The notes beneath the pieces are model-generated. The model saw only the letters and a list, made by a program, of their open reading frames with translations, searched no databases and had not been told where the DNA came from. Below are positions 16,643 through 25,296 of a DNA stretch of 64,000 nt, one piece after another. A program made the position numbers and the translations under genes. Origin of the DNA: an uncultured Clostridia bacterium (GTDB lineage: Bacteria; Bacillota; Clostridia; Christensenellales; UBA1242); NCBI GenBank assembly GCA_947630745.1, contig CANRIT010000001.1, positions 94,732-158,731 on the forward strand, given 5' to 3'. Within the stretch, counting starts at the first letter, position 1. Each line of letters opens with the position of its first letter.

Positions 16643-17614
16643 CTAGTTTTGCAGGAAGAAGTGGTTTTGGGATAGAAGTGGGTAAGATTTTAGTGTGGAA
16701 GAATTTAGGTTTTCCTTAAACATGTCCACGCCAACTATTTGGCGATTGTTATATGTTGAGTAATAATAAATCCCTTTGTCTACATTGCAGCATGAAGAAT
16801 ATATTGTATGTTCAAACCCTTTTTCAACCTTACAGCAGCCTTTTTGCTGTTCAACTGCGGTTAAGATGTGGAAAAATTGATTGACGCTTTCGCATTCGTT
16901 TTCGCCACAAATTGAATTAAGCTTTGTAAATGTCGCCTTAACAAATCGAGATGCGGATGACAAATCGCCGGGCAGCCCAATTCCGCCCATTCCGCGGCTG
17001 TATGGAGTAAGGTTAAAATCTTGTGCAAACCTATTTAGCGGTTCTTCGCGCGAGGTGTTGATATAGTTGCACAAATTGGTTAGATGATAGTCAAAAGTTG
17101 GGTTGTTTGTTAGCACGCCAACTGGATTGTCGTAAATTTTTAATCCTTCTTTTACTGGCTCAACCACTATGCTTTCTTTATCGTCCGCAACAAGCCAATG
17201 CAATGGTGAATGTGGAAGCTGTGCGGAAAAATTTTCATCATAAATATTCAATTTTTCAATTGCCCTTTTTGCTTCCTTCACATTTTTGCAGGTTGTAAGA
17301 ATGAAAGGGATAAATTCAAATGGCGCAACATTATTCTTGCCCTTAATCTTTTTTGGATAGAATGCGTTGTTGGGGAAATTCAAGCCCGCCATGCTTAGCC
17401 CTTTTTCGTTTGTTGCGTCGTAATAAAGCGGATAATTGTTTTGCACAAAAGCCATGCCTATCATGGCATAATGTTTTAAATTTTTGCCCGCGCTGCGGAA
17501 ATTAAATGGATAATTTCGCGGAGTGATTGTAACTGTTTCGTTATAAGAAAATTCATAATCCAAGTTGCGCCCAAAATAATGATGCTTTGTTTTAAAAGTT
17601 AATGCTGTACACAT
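16643..17614 (-). CDS. Choloylglycine hydrolase family (bile-salt hydrolase / penicillin V acylase, Ntn hydrolase)
   Basis: Start set at MCTALTFKTKHHYFGRNLD, which puts the nucleophile Cys at position 2. GGGAGG lies 6 nt upstream. Confidence 0.85.
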   Translation of the reverse strand: MCTALTFKTKHHYFGRNLDYEFSYNETVTITPRNYPFNFRSAGKNLKHYAMIGMAFVQNNYPLYYDATNEKGLSMAGLNFPNNAFYPKKIKGKNNVAPFEFIPFILTTCKNVKEAKRAIEKLNIYDENFSAQLPHSPLHWLVADDKESIVVEPVKEGLKIYDNPVGVLTNNPTFDYHLTNLCNYINTSREEPLNRFAQDFNLTPYSRGMGGIGLPGDLSSASRFVKATFTKLNSICGENECESVNQFFHILTAVEQQKGCCKVEKGFEHTIYSSCCNVDKGIYYYSTYNNRQIVGVDMFKENLNSSTLKSYPLLSQNHFFLQN

Positions 17615-17730
17615 AGCCCCTCCCGTTTTTATCATTATATCAAATATTAATAATTTAGCAAACCAAACTCGCCTTTTTGCCAAAAATTTAACAACTTTTG
17701 CATAATGTTTTTATAAGTCTGTGTTAAAAT

Positions 17731-17760
17731 AAAACGAACCGCAACAAGTTCGTTTTATTT
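17731..17760. terminator. Intrinsic terminator, stem AAAACGAAC/GTTCGTTTT (family member 2)
   Basis: 17731..17739 pairs with 17748..17756; 8-nt loop; A-run and T-run flanks. Confidence 0.65.
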
Positions 17761-17824
17761 GATAAGGTAGTGGGTTCATGTTGGAATTATTTTGTAAATG
17801 ACATTATAATGAAGTGTCAAAATA

Positions 17825-19006
17825 TTATTTTATTTTGCGGGATTCGATGTAGTAGCGCTTTTCGTTTGCCTCGCCCATTGAAAAGGTTTTTCTTGGCAAG
17901 ACGCCGTTTTTGATTATGTAGTCAAACAACGCGCTTTTTTCCATTGCTTTAAGCACAATGCCCACACCGCCAGTTTTTGCGCAGAGTTGTTTTAAGTCTT
18001 CTTCACCGTGGATATAGTCAATTTCGCCGCCATTTGCTTTTAAATACTCGTCAATAAATTTTTGGGTTTTTGCCACAGCTTCAATTGAATTTTTTGGCAG
18101 ATTTAATTCAACCGTTTTGTTGCCAATAAACATTTTGCTTTTTGCGCTGCCCTTGACTTGTTTTGTAAATTCTGCAACAAATTTTTTGGTGTCAACATTT
18201 TTAACAATTCTGTGAATAGGCTCAAACAAAATGCCCTCGTCATAAATGTTTGCAACTTCAACAAGCGCATATTGGCTAAGTGGATTTTTCTTATCATAGC
18301 AAGCCTTTGCAGTGGCAAGCGAATGGTTGCCGTCACCAACCGCAAACAACAATGGCTCGCCATATTTTTTGGTTGAATTATCCAGCAATTTTTGCAGCGC
18401 GTTTTCCACTTTTTTACTGTCCTTAACCGCCCAACCAGTTATGTGCCCGCCGTTCATGTTAAGGTCGGTATCGTACAACAATTCGTTTTTATCCTTCAAC
18501 AAAGGCTCGATAACAGTTTTGTTTGGGTCATCAATTAAAAGCATAATGTGTGGTAATTCAAGTGGGCAATTTTCCCTAATTTTAACGCGCGGCGGAATGC
18601 GCTCAATAACCGTGCCTTCGGTTGCCCTAATCAGCGCCTTGTCTTCTGGCTTAAAGCTGTATTCAGTAAGGTCAACAATCATAGTAAGCCCGTGCCTAAC
18701 ATTGCCAAGCGGGGTTTTGCGTTCAAGCAAAACAAGCCCGTTGTCCACCGTGCGGAAAATGTCTTCCTTTAAATACTTGTTCATGTTTTCAATGATGTTT
18801 TTAATGCGCTTTTCTGGCTGGTCATTCAAATAACATTCTGGAAAAATCAAATTAAGCGCGCTGTAATCTTTTCCAACAAATTTTTTAAGCTCTTCCCAAT
18901 ATTCAGTCTGCGAAGTGTACTGGTCGCACGCAACAACCGCCCACTTTTTCATGTCGATAGATTTTTTAGGCAACAAAATTTGGTCAAATTTAACTGGTAA
19001 TTTCAT
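17825..19006 (-). CDS. DUF1015-family protein (COG4198)
   Basis: 393 aa. N-terminus ...ILLPKK...KWAVVACDQYTSQ and overall length are typical of DUF1015. AGGAGG before the ATG. Confidence 0.6.
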   Translation of the reverse strand: MKLPVKFDQILLPKKSIDMKKWAVVACDQYTSQTEYWEELKKFVGKDYSALNLIFPECYLNDQPEKRIKNIIENMNKYLKEDIFRTVDNGLVLLERKTPLGNVRHGLTMIVDLTEYSFKPEDKALIRATEGTVIERIPPRVKIRENCPLELPHIMLLIDDPNKTVIEPLLKDKNELLYDTDLNMNGGHITGWAVKDSKKVENALQKLLDNSTKKYGEPLLFAVGDGNHSLATAKACYDKKNPLSQYALVEVANIYDEGILFEPIHRIVKNVDTKKFVAEFTKQVKGSAKSKMFIGNKTVELNLPKNSIEAVAKTQKFIDEYLKANGGEIDYIHGEEDLKQLCAKTGGVGIVLKAMEKSALFDYIIKNGVLPRKTFSMGEANEKRYYIESRKIK

Positions 19007-19222
19007 AAGATAATCCTCCTAAAAGCAGCATTAAATTTCAATTTACAAAGTATCGTGCAATATTTAATGTTAATAAATTAAATTTTAACTGCATCAATTT
19101 GATTATAACTCAAATATATTTATTTTGCAAAGGAATTTTAAGTAAACCCTTAAAACAAATTTTTTGTTGCTGAATGTTTTGGAGTTGTTTTAAAATGTGG
19201 TAAAATGTTTTTAGGAGAGAAA

Positions 19223-19762
19223 ATGATTGAAACCAAGCGGCTTGTTTTAAGAGAAATGACGGACGATGACCTTGAAGATTTTTACGAAATTTTTTCCGCT
19301 GACGAAGTTGGCAGATTTATAAGAAAGATGTCGCACGCGGACGTTGAACGATATTTTTTAAAGAAAAAGCAAAAACCAAAAAATCCGCATAGCTTTGCCG
19401 TGGCGTTAAAACAAAACAACAAAATGATTGGCACATGCGGAATTAAACTTAATGCGGAAACAAATGTTGGAACACTTTCTTATGTTTTTAATCCGCGCTA
19501 TTGGAACAATGGTTTTTGCACAGAAGCGTGCAAGGCGGTTATTAAATACGCCTTTGAAGTTGTGGGGATGGATAGAATTGAAGCCGATTGTTTTGAAAAC
19601 AATTTTGGGCCAATCCACATTTTGCAAGACAAATTAAACATGCGCCTAGACATCACCAAAACGCGGGAAGAATTAAACATTTTCACCCACAAAATTACGC
19701 CTTTTAAATTTTTTGCCATTGACAAGCAAGATTATTTAAAAAATAATTTTTTAGTAAAATAA
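19223..19762 (+). CDS. GNAT-family N-acetyltransferase (RimJ/RimL-like)
   Basis: IETKRLVLREMTDDD...; NNGFCTEACKAVIKYAF. Start set at ATG 19223 after AGGAGAG. Confidence 0.8.
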   Translation: MIETKRLVLREMTDDDLEDFYEIFSADEVGRFIRKMSHADVERYFLKKKQKPKNPHSFAVALKQNNKMIGTCGIKLNAETNVGTLSYVFNPRYWNNGFCTEACKAVIKYAFEVVGMDRIEADCFENNFGPIHILQDKLNMRLDITKTREELNIFTHKITPFKFFAIDKQDYLKNNFLVK

Positions 19763-19958
19763 TAAAAATCTCATAGTTTATAAAAGTTATAACATAGGTT
19801 TAATATGTTTTCAGTAGTGATTTTTTTAATGCAAAATTTACAGCGGATTTTTTGTTTGGTGGCGGGATTTAAATTTTTTAAAATTTCAAAAAGGGTATTG
19901 ACAAACCCACTATTATATGTTAAACTTTGGTTGGTTTTAAACCATTACGGAGGATTTT

Positions 19959-20612
19959 ATGAAGTTTGAAGAATTTAAAAAAATAATTAAAAGGCGCGAG
20001 GAATTGGTTAGGTTGTGGGAGAGCACTAGGAAGGATGATGACCGCAAAATAGTCAACGAAGTGGAAGAAATCAACAAGCAAATATGGGCAGTCCGTGCAT
20101 TAAATCCAGACGTGTTTAATGTGCCAGTAAACCCTTTAACATCGGCGCTTAACGCTCTTATTGACCGTTCAGAAAAAGAGGTCGATGTTGAATTTAAGAC
20201 AATGGGTGAATTTTCAAATTTAGAGTTTGTTATGGATATAATTGAACCCAATCCAAAATGCCACAGGGCGCCTTATCATCGCTATTACAAATTGGGCCCT
20301 ACTCGTATTGATGAACAAGGTAGAATCTGTGTAAATTTGGAGGCAATGTTAATTTTAAACACAATTAACTACAGACCCGATGCTGTGTACAGAATCCCTG
20401 GATTTGAAGACACTGTGTGGGAAGTTTTTGAAGAACACTTTAAATCATGCACAGAGGAACGGATCAGTTTGCTGAAAAAGATTTGTGAAAGGAACGAGGA
20501 ACAAAAACGAATTTTGTTAAACCCAGAAGCTGCAAAAAATGCCGCAAAGGAATTGGATGAAGAATCTGACGCATGCCTAGAAAAAATCCACAAACTTGAC
20601 GACCAATTATAA
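19959..20612 (+). CDS. Hypothetical protein (217 aa)
   Basis: ORF with GGAGG and an upstream TTGACA promoter (~19896). No motif recognised. Confidence 0.6.
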   Translation: MKFEEFKKIIKRREELVRLWESTRKDDDRKIVNEVEEINKQIWAVRALNPDVFNVPVNPLTSALNALIDRSEKEVDVEFKTMGEFSNLEFVMDIIEPNPKCHRAPYHRYYKLGPTRIDEQGRICVNLEAMLILNTINYRPDAVYRIPGFEDTVWEVFEEHFKSCTEERISLLKKICERNEEQKRILLNPEAAKNAAKELDEESDACLEKIHKLDDQL

Positions 20613-20614
20613 AC

Positions 20615-20646
20615 AAAAAAACGAACACCCTCTGTTCGTTTTTTGT
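20615..20646. terminator. Intrinsic terminator, stem AAAACGAAC/GTTCGTTTT (family member 3)
   Basis: 20618..20626 pairs with 20634..20642; 7-nt loop. Confidence 0.65.
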
Positions 20647-20763
20647 TTGCTTGTTTTGTTAAACTTACAACTTGCGTATAAATGCCGCGTTTAATTAGGA
20701 TATGAATGTAAAAAAACTTATCATTTTTCCTGACGAAGTTGCAGATTTTGTAATATAAAAAAT

Positions 20764-21642
20764 TTATAAGATAACTTCGTAATTTATATTAGCCAAATCA
20801 ACAACATAATTCATAGAAATTATCCCATCAGGTATCTTGTTATTTTTAAATTGCTTTTCCGTTATTTTAGGGAAAGTATCATCTATAGAATATTTAAAAA
20901 TATTTCTTACGATATATTTAATATATCTTTCTTTTTTCCCTTCGCTATAGCCCTTTTCATTGAGATACTCTTCCATTTGAGAAGTATCAACACCCAATTG
21001 TTTAATTATTTTCATTAGGTCGTCAATTGAATGACCGTTTTCACTTTTCTCAACCCTAGTAAATAGCAAAAACAAATTGTTGTTATTATCACTATCTAAT
21101 TGTTTTGCACTAGAAATAGTTATTTGGTTTGCTGATTTATTCAACGTTGTTTTAACTTCGTACGCCATACCATTGGCCTCTAGGTCATGTGTCCCAAAAT
21201 GCATGGCGCTCCATGTGACTTGCCCATAATTTAAATATAATTGTACGAAGCATTCTAATTCACCTATAACATCATATACCATTAATTCTTTATTATAATT
21301 TCCAATAGTTTCTTTCCATCTTTCAAACCAATTATAAGGATTATGTAATATATCTACCCTATTATCAATATTAATAAAATCAAAGGCTATGCTTAAGAAG
21401 GTATTCATTAATTTAAAATTATTACATGATAGAATTAAAACATTTTTTCCCTCTACACTCGCAGAATATAATTTGATTGAGTTAAATTTTTCATCTATTA
21501 AAATTCCACCATCATACTGCAAATAAACACCATATTCCTTCGTGCTTTTAAAAGCATAAGAATCCTTGCATTGCCTAATATGGATACTTCTCTTATTGCC
21601 ATCAATTAATTCCAAGAATATTTCTTTTAATCTATTAATCAT
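20764..21642 (-). CDS. PD-(D/E)XK-motif protein (putative nuclease), last gene of the island operon
   Basis: 292 aa. ...HFGTHDLEANGMAYEVKTTL... fits D-x(n)-E-x-K. Its context with Z1 and GHKL ATPase genes matches the recurrent neighbourhood of this family. Confidence 0.5.
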   Translation of the reverse strand: MINRLKEIFLELIDGNKRSIHIRQCKDSYAFKSTKEYGVYLQYDGGILIDEKFNSIKLYSASVEGKNVLILSCNNFKLMNTFLSIAFDFINIDNRVDILHNPYNWFERWKETIGNYNKELMVYDVIGELECFVQLYLNYGQVTWSAMHFGTHDLEANGMAYEVKTTLNKSANQITISSAKQLDSDNNNNLFLLFTRVEKSENGHSIDDLMKIIKQLGVDTSQMEEYLNEKGYSEGKKERYIKYIVRNIFKYSIDDTFPKITEKQFKNNKIPDGIISMNYVVDLANINYEVIL

Positions 21643-21655
21643 TTTATACTCCCGC

Positions 21656-22339
21656 TTAAATAGAATTTATAAGCATTGCGACATACCCTTTTATTCCGCC
21701 CTCATAAAATTCCGGTACTATTACTAAACTTCTAGCCATATGCTGAACTAATATTTTGCGAAGATATATATTTGCTTTGAGATGAGAATCTTTTCCTATT
21801 TTATTAAAATTTAAACTTGAATATTGATCTAAAATTTCTCTAAAAACATTAACATTTGTTTCATTTCCAGTTCTTTCGATGGTTTGCAAGATGGTATCGG
21901 TTGAAAAACAAGGTAGAGACAAAAATTCTAGTGTACTTTTTTTGTTTCCTTTGTTAAAAAGCTCAATATACCAAAATAATGTACTAGGATATATTCTTAC
22001 ATTCTTTTCGTAAAAATGCGACGGGTTATCGCCGTATCTATCAAAAATTATCTCAGGAATAACGCAAAGTGAAAAATATCTCCAAAAATCGTAGTTTGAT
22101 GCTAACGATTTTGTAAACGACGGAGTTTCTTTTAATAGACTCCATAATTCTATACCAAAACTTATATCTAGGTCATATAATTGTTTATTATCTTTTTTTG
22201 ACTTTTGATATTCCGCCAATAATTTAATGCGCAAATCATTTAAATCTTTAGGCAAACTCGAACTATTATTAAAATTATTGGCGCGCAATTCTTCATACTT
22301 GTTTTTTGCTTCTAACCTTGACATATATAAATTAATCAT
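21656..22339 (-). CDS. Orphan protein (~227 aa) in the island operon
   Basis: Start set at ATG 22339 (MINLYMSRLE...), with AGAGGTG ~11 nt upstream and 1 nt after the preceding stop. No motif recognised. Confidence 0.6.
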   Translation of the reverse strand: MINLYMSRLEAKNKYEELRANNFNNSSSLPKDLNDLRIKLLAEYQKSKKDNKQLYDLDISFGIELWSLLKETPSFTKSLASNYDFWRYFSLCVIPEIIFDRYGDNPSHFYEKNVRIYPSTLFWYIELFNKGNKKSTLEFLSLPCFSTDTILQTIERTGNETNVNVFREILDQYSSLNFNKIGKDSHLKANIYLRKILVQHMARSLVIVPEFYEGGIKGYVAMLINSI

Positions 22340-22340
22340 T

Positions 22341-23267
22341 CTACCAAACACCTCTTTTATCAAAATATCTCGAAACGCTATCAATTATCGATTCAATAGA
22401 ACTAACATCAAATTCTTTTGTGTCAATCATGTACTTTGCAACCTGTAAAACGCTACCCTCTTGGTAGTCAATATTTTCTAAGTTAATTAAATAATTTTCA
22501 TTTAGAAGTTTTGAAAGCAATGCGATAATCGATTGTTGAATTATCTCAATAATAAGTCTATTACAACATTTTTCATTATTAGATAAATCAATAAAAACAT
22601 AGTCTTTATGTGCGGTGTTTAAAATAATTTTAAAGGTATCTACAAACAAATCTTGTGTGGGATCGGCGAAATCCATTTTAATTTGCCACAACGGCTTTTC
22701 TTTATCGTTAATATTTATTATTGGGAACAAAGAACCTGATCCATCTACATTTATAAACAACTTTTCAATGTCACCGATAATTACACCCTGCGTGTTATTC
22801 AATGTTATTTCTGAGGGCGTTCCTGGCTTTGTTAAAACTAACTGAACATTTAACTCGATTACCCCATGAAAGGTATTTCTTGCAAATTCATTAGAGAAGG
22901 ACATAACTTGAGCGTCATTTATATTTTTAATGCTTTGAGGATTAAAAACCCCTCTTTCTTTTGATGATGAAGATTTCCATGTAACAACCATAGAAATTTC
23001 TGAATCTCCATTTGCAATTCCGTCCGAACCATACAAAATGCATGCATTGGTTAATGATAATCCCAAGTCTACATTTAAACCATATTCTTCCATATTCCAT
23101 AGCCCATCACTAGAATCTAAAGAATATTGATTCCCTTCCTTTTTAAGACTCAATTCTTTGATTTTGCCTTGATCATTATATTTGGCATTTAATGCTAATT
23201 CAATATTTAACAGTTCTTTTTGTTTGTTAGATAATACTTTAAATAAACTTAATCTATAAGGTCTCAT
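22341..23267 (-). CDS. Orphan protein (~308 aa) in the island operon
   Basis: Start set at ATG 23267 (MRPYRLSL...) after GAGGAGG; it overlaps the upstream stop by 14 nt. No motif recognised. Confidence 0.6.
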   Translation of the reverse strand: MRPYRLSLFKVLSNKQKELLNIELALNAKYNDQGKIKELSLKKEGNQYSLDSSDGLWNMEEYGLNVDLGLSLTNACILYGSDGIANGDSEISMVVTWKSSSSKERGVFNPQSIKNINDAQVMSFSNEFARNTFHGVIELNVQLVLTKPGTPSEITLNNTQGVIIGDIEKLFINVDGSGSLFPIININDKEKPLWQIKMDFADPTQDLFVDTFKIILNTAHKDYVFIDLSNNEKCCNRLIIEIIQQSIIALLSKLLNENYLINLENIDYQEGSVLQVAKYMIDTKEFDVSSIESIIDSVSRYFDKRGVW

Positions 23268-25296
23268 TTTCAATAACCTCCTCAATATAAGTTTCTAAGC
23301 CCGCTTGATATTTATTATCATTTATGGAAATGAATAACGAAATATTAAGTTTGCATTTACTAAACCCATTGTTTATAATTTTATATTTATAAATTTTATT
23401 TGATTTAGTTGCTTCATATTCAATTTTACAAGCGCCATTTGTGTTTTGTAGATTTTTATCTAAAGTTATCTTATAATTGTTCAATGCGGTATTATCGCAG
23501 TCGGTAAAAATAATAAACCCTTTTTTAATTTCAAACATTGCGGGTAGGCCATTCTTTTCTTCCCATTCAGGTATCGGCATATTTCTTTCCGAGGTCGGAA
23601 CAACCAAGCTAAAGCTAATTGATGAAAATTTTCTAAAACAGTTCACATCAAATACAACCCTCATTCCATCTTTTTCGTAAGTGGGTTCTCCAACTAAACT
23701 TATTGTTGTTGATTTGCTTTTAGAAATTGTGTTGTGGGTTCTTCCTCTTTCGTCAATAGAGCTTTCCTTGCCATAATTGTATGTCGGCAAAAGATCTGCA
23801 AATTTTTTGCCTAGACATCTATTTGTAACAATTTCATCAATCGTAGAATTTTTTTCAAGATAGGTTTCTTTTAAGGTCATTCCAACTTCGTTCATTATTT
23901 GACCCACTAATAGTTTTGGCTTTTTATTTTCCATGAGCGGGTCTGCCCACGATGTGTGATCGGCTTTTTCACTTCTTCTAACATAATCTTCGAGGGACAT
24001 GTCATATTCTTTAATCTTATTTTTTGAATTTAGAACAAACAATCCGAGTATAAAATCGCTCCCTCCAGAAACCCCCGAGCCTACCCAATTACCTGAGATT
24101 TCATATGAAACTATCATGCCGGGTTTTCTACAATATGCCACTATTGGGGGATTGGAGCTATCCGCGTCACGTTTTAAGTTTAAATATGAAAATGGCGACG
24201 GTAGATTATCATAGCTAAAATCACCACTCATTTTTAACTGGCTACGGCTCAATTTAACAAATGCAAACTTGCCCAATTCTTTATCTTCTAAATCTCTAGT
24301 CCGCTCAATGCTTTTTAACTGTATACCATTTTGGATGTCACCCGTTATTGCGCATTCATATAATTTGCTAAACCATTCAAATATAGGGGAGGAAGATGAA
24401 AGATCTATTCGTTTGTCATTTACATATACTTCGAGTTTGGGCCCAAGATTGTATTTGCTGTTTATTCTAGGGAAATACCACCTAAGGAGTGACATACTAA
24501 TTGAGTCAGGTACGGTTTTATCCCAAAATAGATTGTCGCGATATTCAAATCCATTAGACATTAATATTTGTTCTTCTTCTATAAAAGGTATAATAATGAC
24601 AGTACCGGTTTCGGCGTCCTTGTATGGTGCTATATTGAAAATTTTTAGAACTTTACGTATAAAGTTCACATCGCAAACGACATTCGGCTTACCATTTATT
24701 ATTTCTCCAAAATATGTAATTCCCAAATAGCCGTCTTTGGTTATTAACCTATCTTCTTTTTCATCGTCTTCAACAAGAGAAGAAATTATCCTTTCTTCAT
24801 AAGTTCCATCGCCGTTTTTAATTCTAGAATAGTATATGACTAGGCCCTGTCCTAATCTATAATATACAGTTTTTCCAATACCCCAACAACCGCCAGCTCC
24901 TTCTCTAGTTTGTGCATGCATAATTTGGAAAACCAGCTTGCCGAGGTTTTGATTTTCTTCTTTGGCAGAGAATAATCCGTTTTTATTACCTATTAAACCG
25001 GTTGTGTTTTTATCTGATACACTTATAAATTTATTTTTATTAAAATATTTACTCTTAATTGGTGCTTCTATTTCGTTATAGCATTCAGCAAGTTTGTTTA
25101 TATCAAAAGTGTTATATATAAAATCTACTCGTACTAGGTTAGAATCAGGCAATGCGGCGTCGAGACTATTTTGTATTGATTCCCTCACAAAGAGATCAAG
25201 AACAGGCGTTTCATTGTTTTGCATTAACTTTAACAGAGCGCCCCCAGAGGTTTGCATATAATCTTGCTCTAATGATTTTGAATCAAATTTATTCAT
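23254..25296 (-). CDS. GHKL-superfamily ATPase (HATPase_c_3 / prokaryotic MORC-like)
   Basis: N-box ...FVRESIQNSLDAA...; glycine-rich GGCWGIGKTVYY. ~680 aa with a large uncharacterised C-terminal half. ATG 25296 follows GGAGG. Confidence 0.7.
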   Translation of the reverse strand: MNKFDSKSLEQDYMQTSGGALLKLMQNNETPVLDLFVRESIQNSLDAALPDSNLVRVDFIYNTFDINKLAECYNEIEAPIKSKYFNKNKFISVSDKNTTGLIGNKNGLFSAKEENQNLGKLVFQIMHAQTREGAGGCWGIGKTVYYRLGQGLVIYYSRIKNGDGTYEERIISSLVEDDEKEDRLITKDGYLGITYFGEIINGKPNVVCDVNFIRKVLKIFNIAPYKDAETGTVIIIPFIEEEQILMSNGFEYRDNLFWDKTVPDSISMSLLRWYFPRINSKYNLGPKLEVYVNDKRIDLSSSSPIFEWFSKLYECAITGDIQNGIQLKSIERTRDLEDKELGKFAFVKLSRSQLKMSGDFSYDNLPSPFSYLNLKRDADSSNPPIVAYCRKPGMIVSYEISGNWVGSGVSGGSDFILGLFVLNSKNKIKEYDMSLEDYVRRSEKADHTSWADPLMENKKPKLLVGQIMNEVGMTLKETYLEKNSTIDEIVTNRCLGKKFADLLPTYNYGKESSIDERGRTHNTISKSKSTTISLVGEPTYEKDGMRVVFDVNCFRKFSSISFSLVVPTSERNMPIPEWEEKNGLPAMFEIKKGFIIFTDCDNTALNNYKITLDKNLQNTNGACKIEYEATKSNKIYKYKIINNGFSKCKLNISLFISINDNKYQAGLETYIEEVIENETL

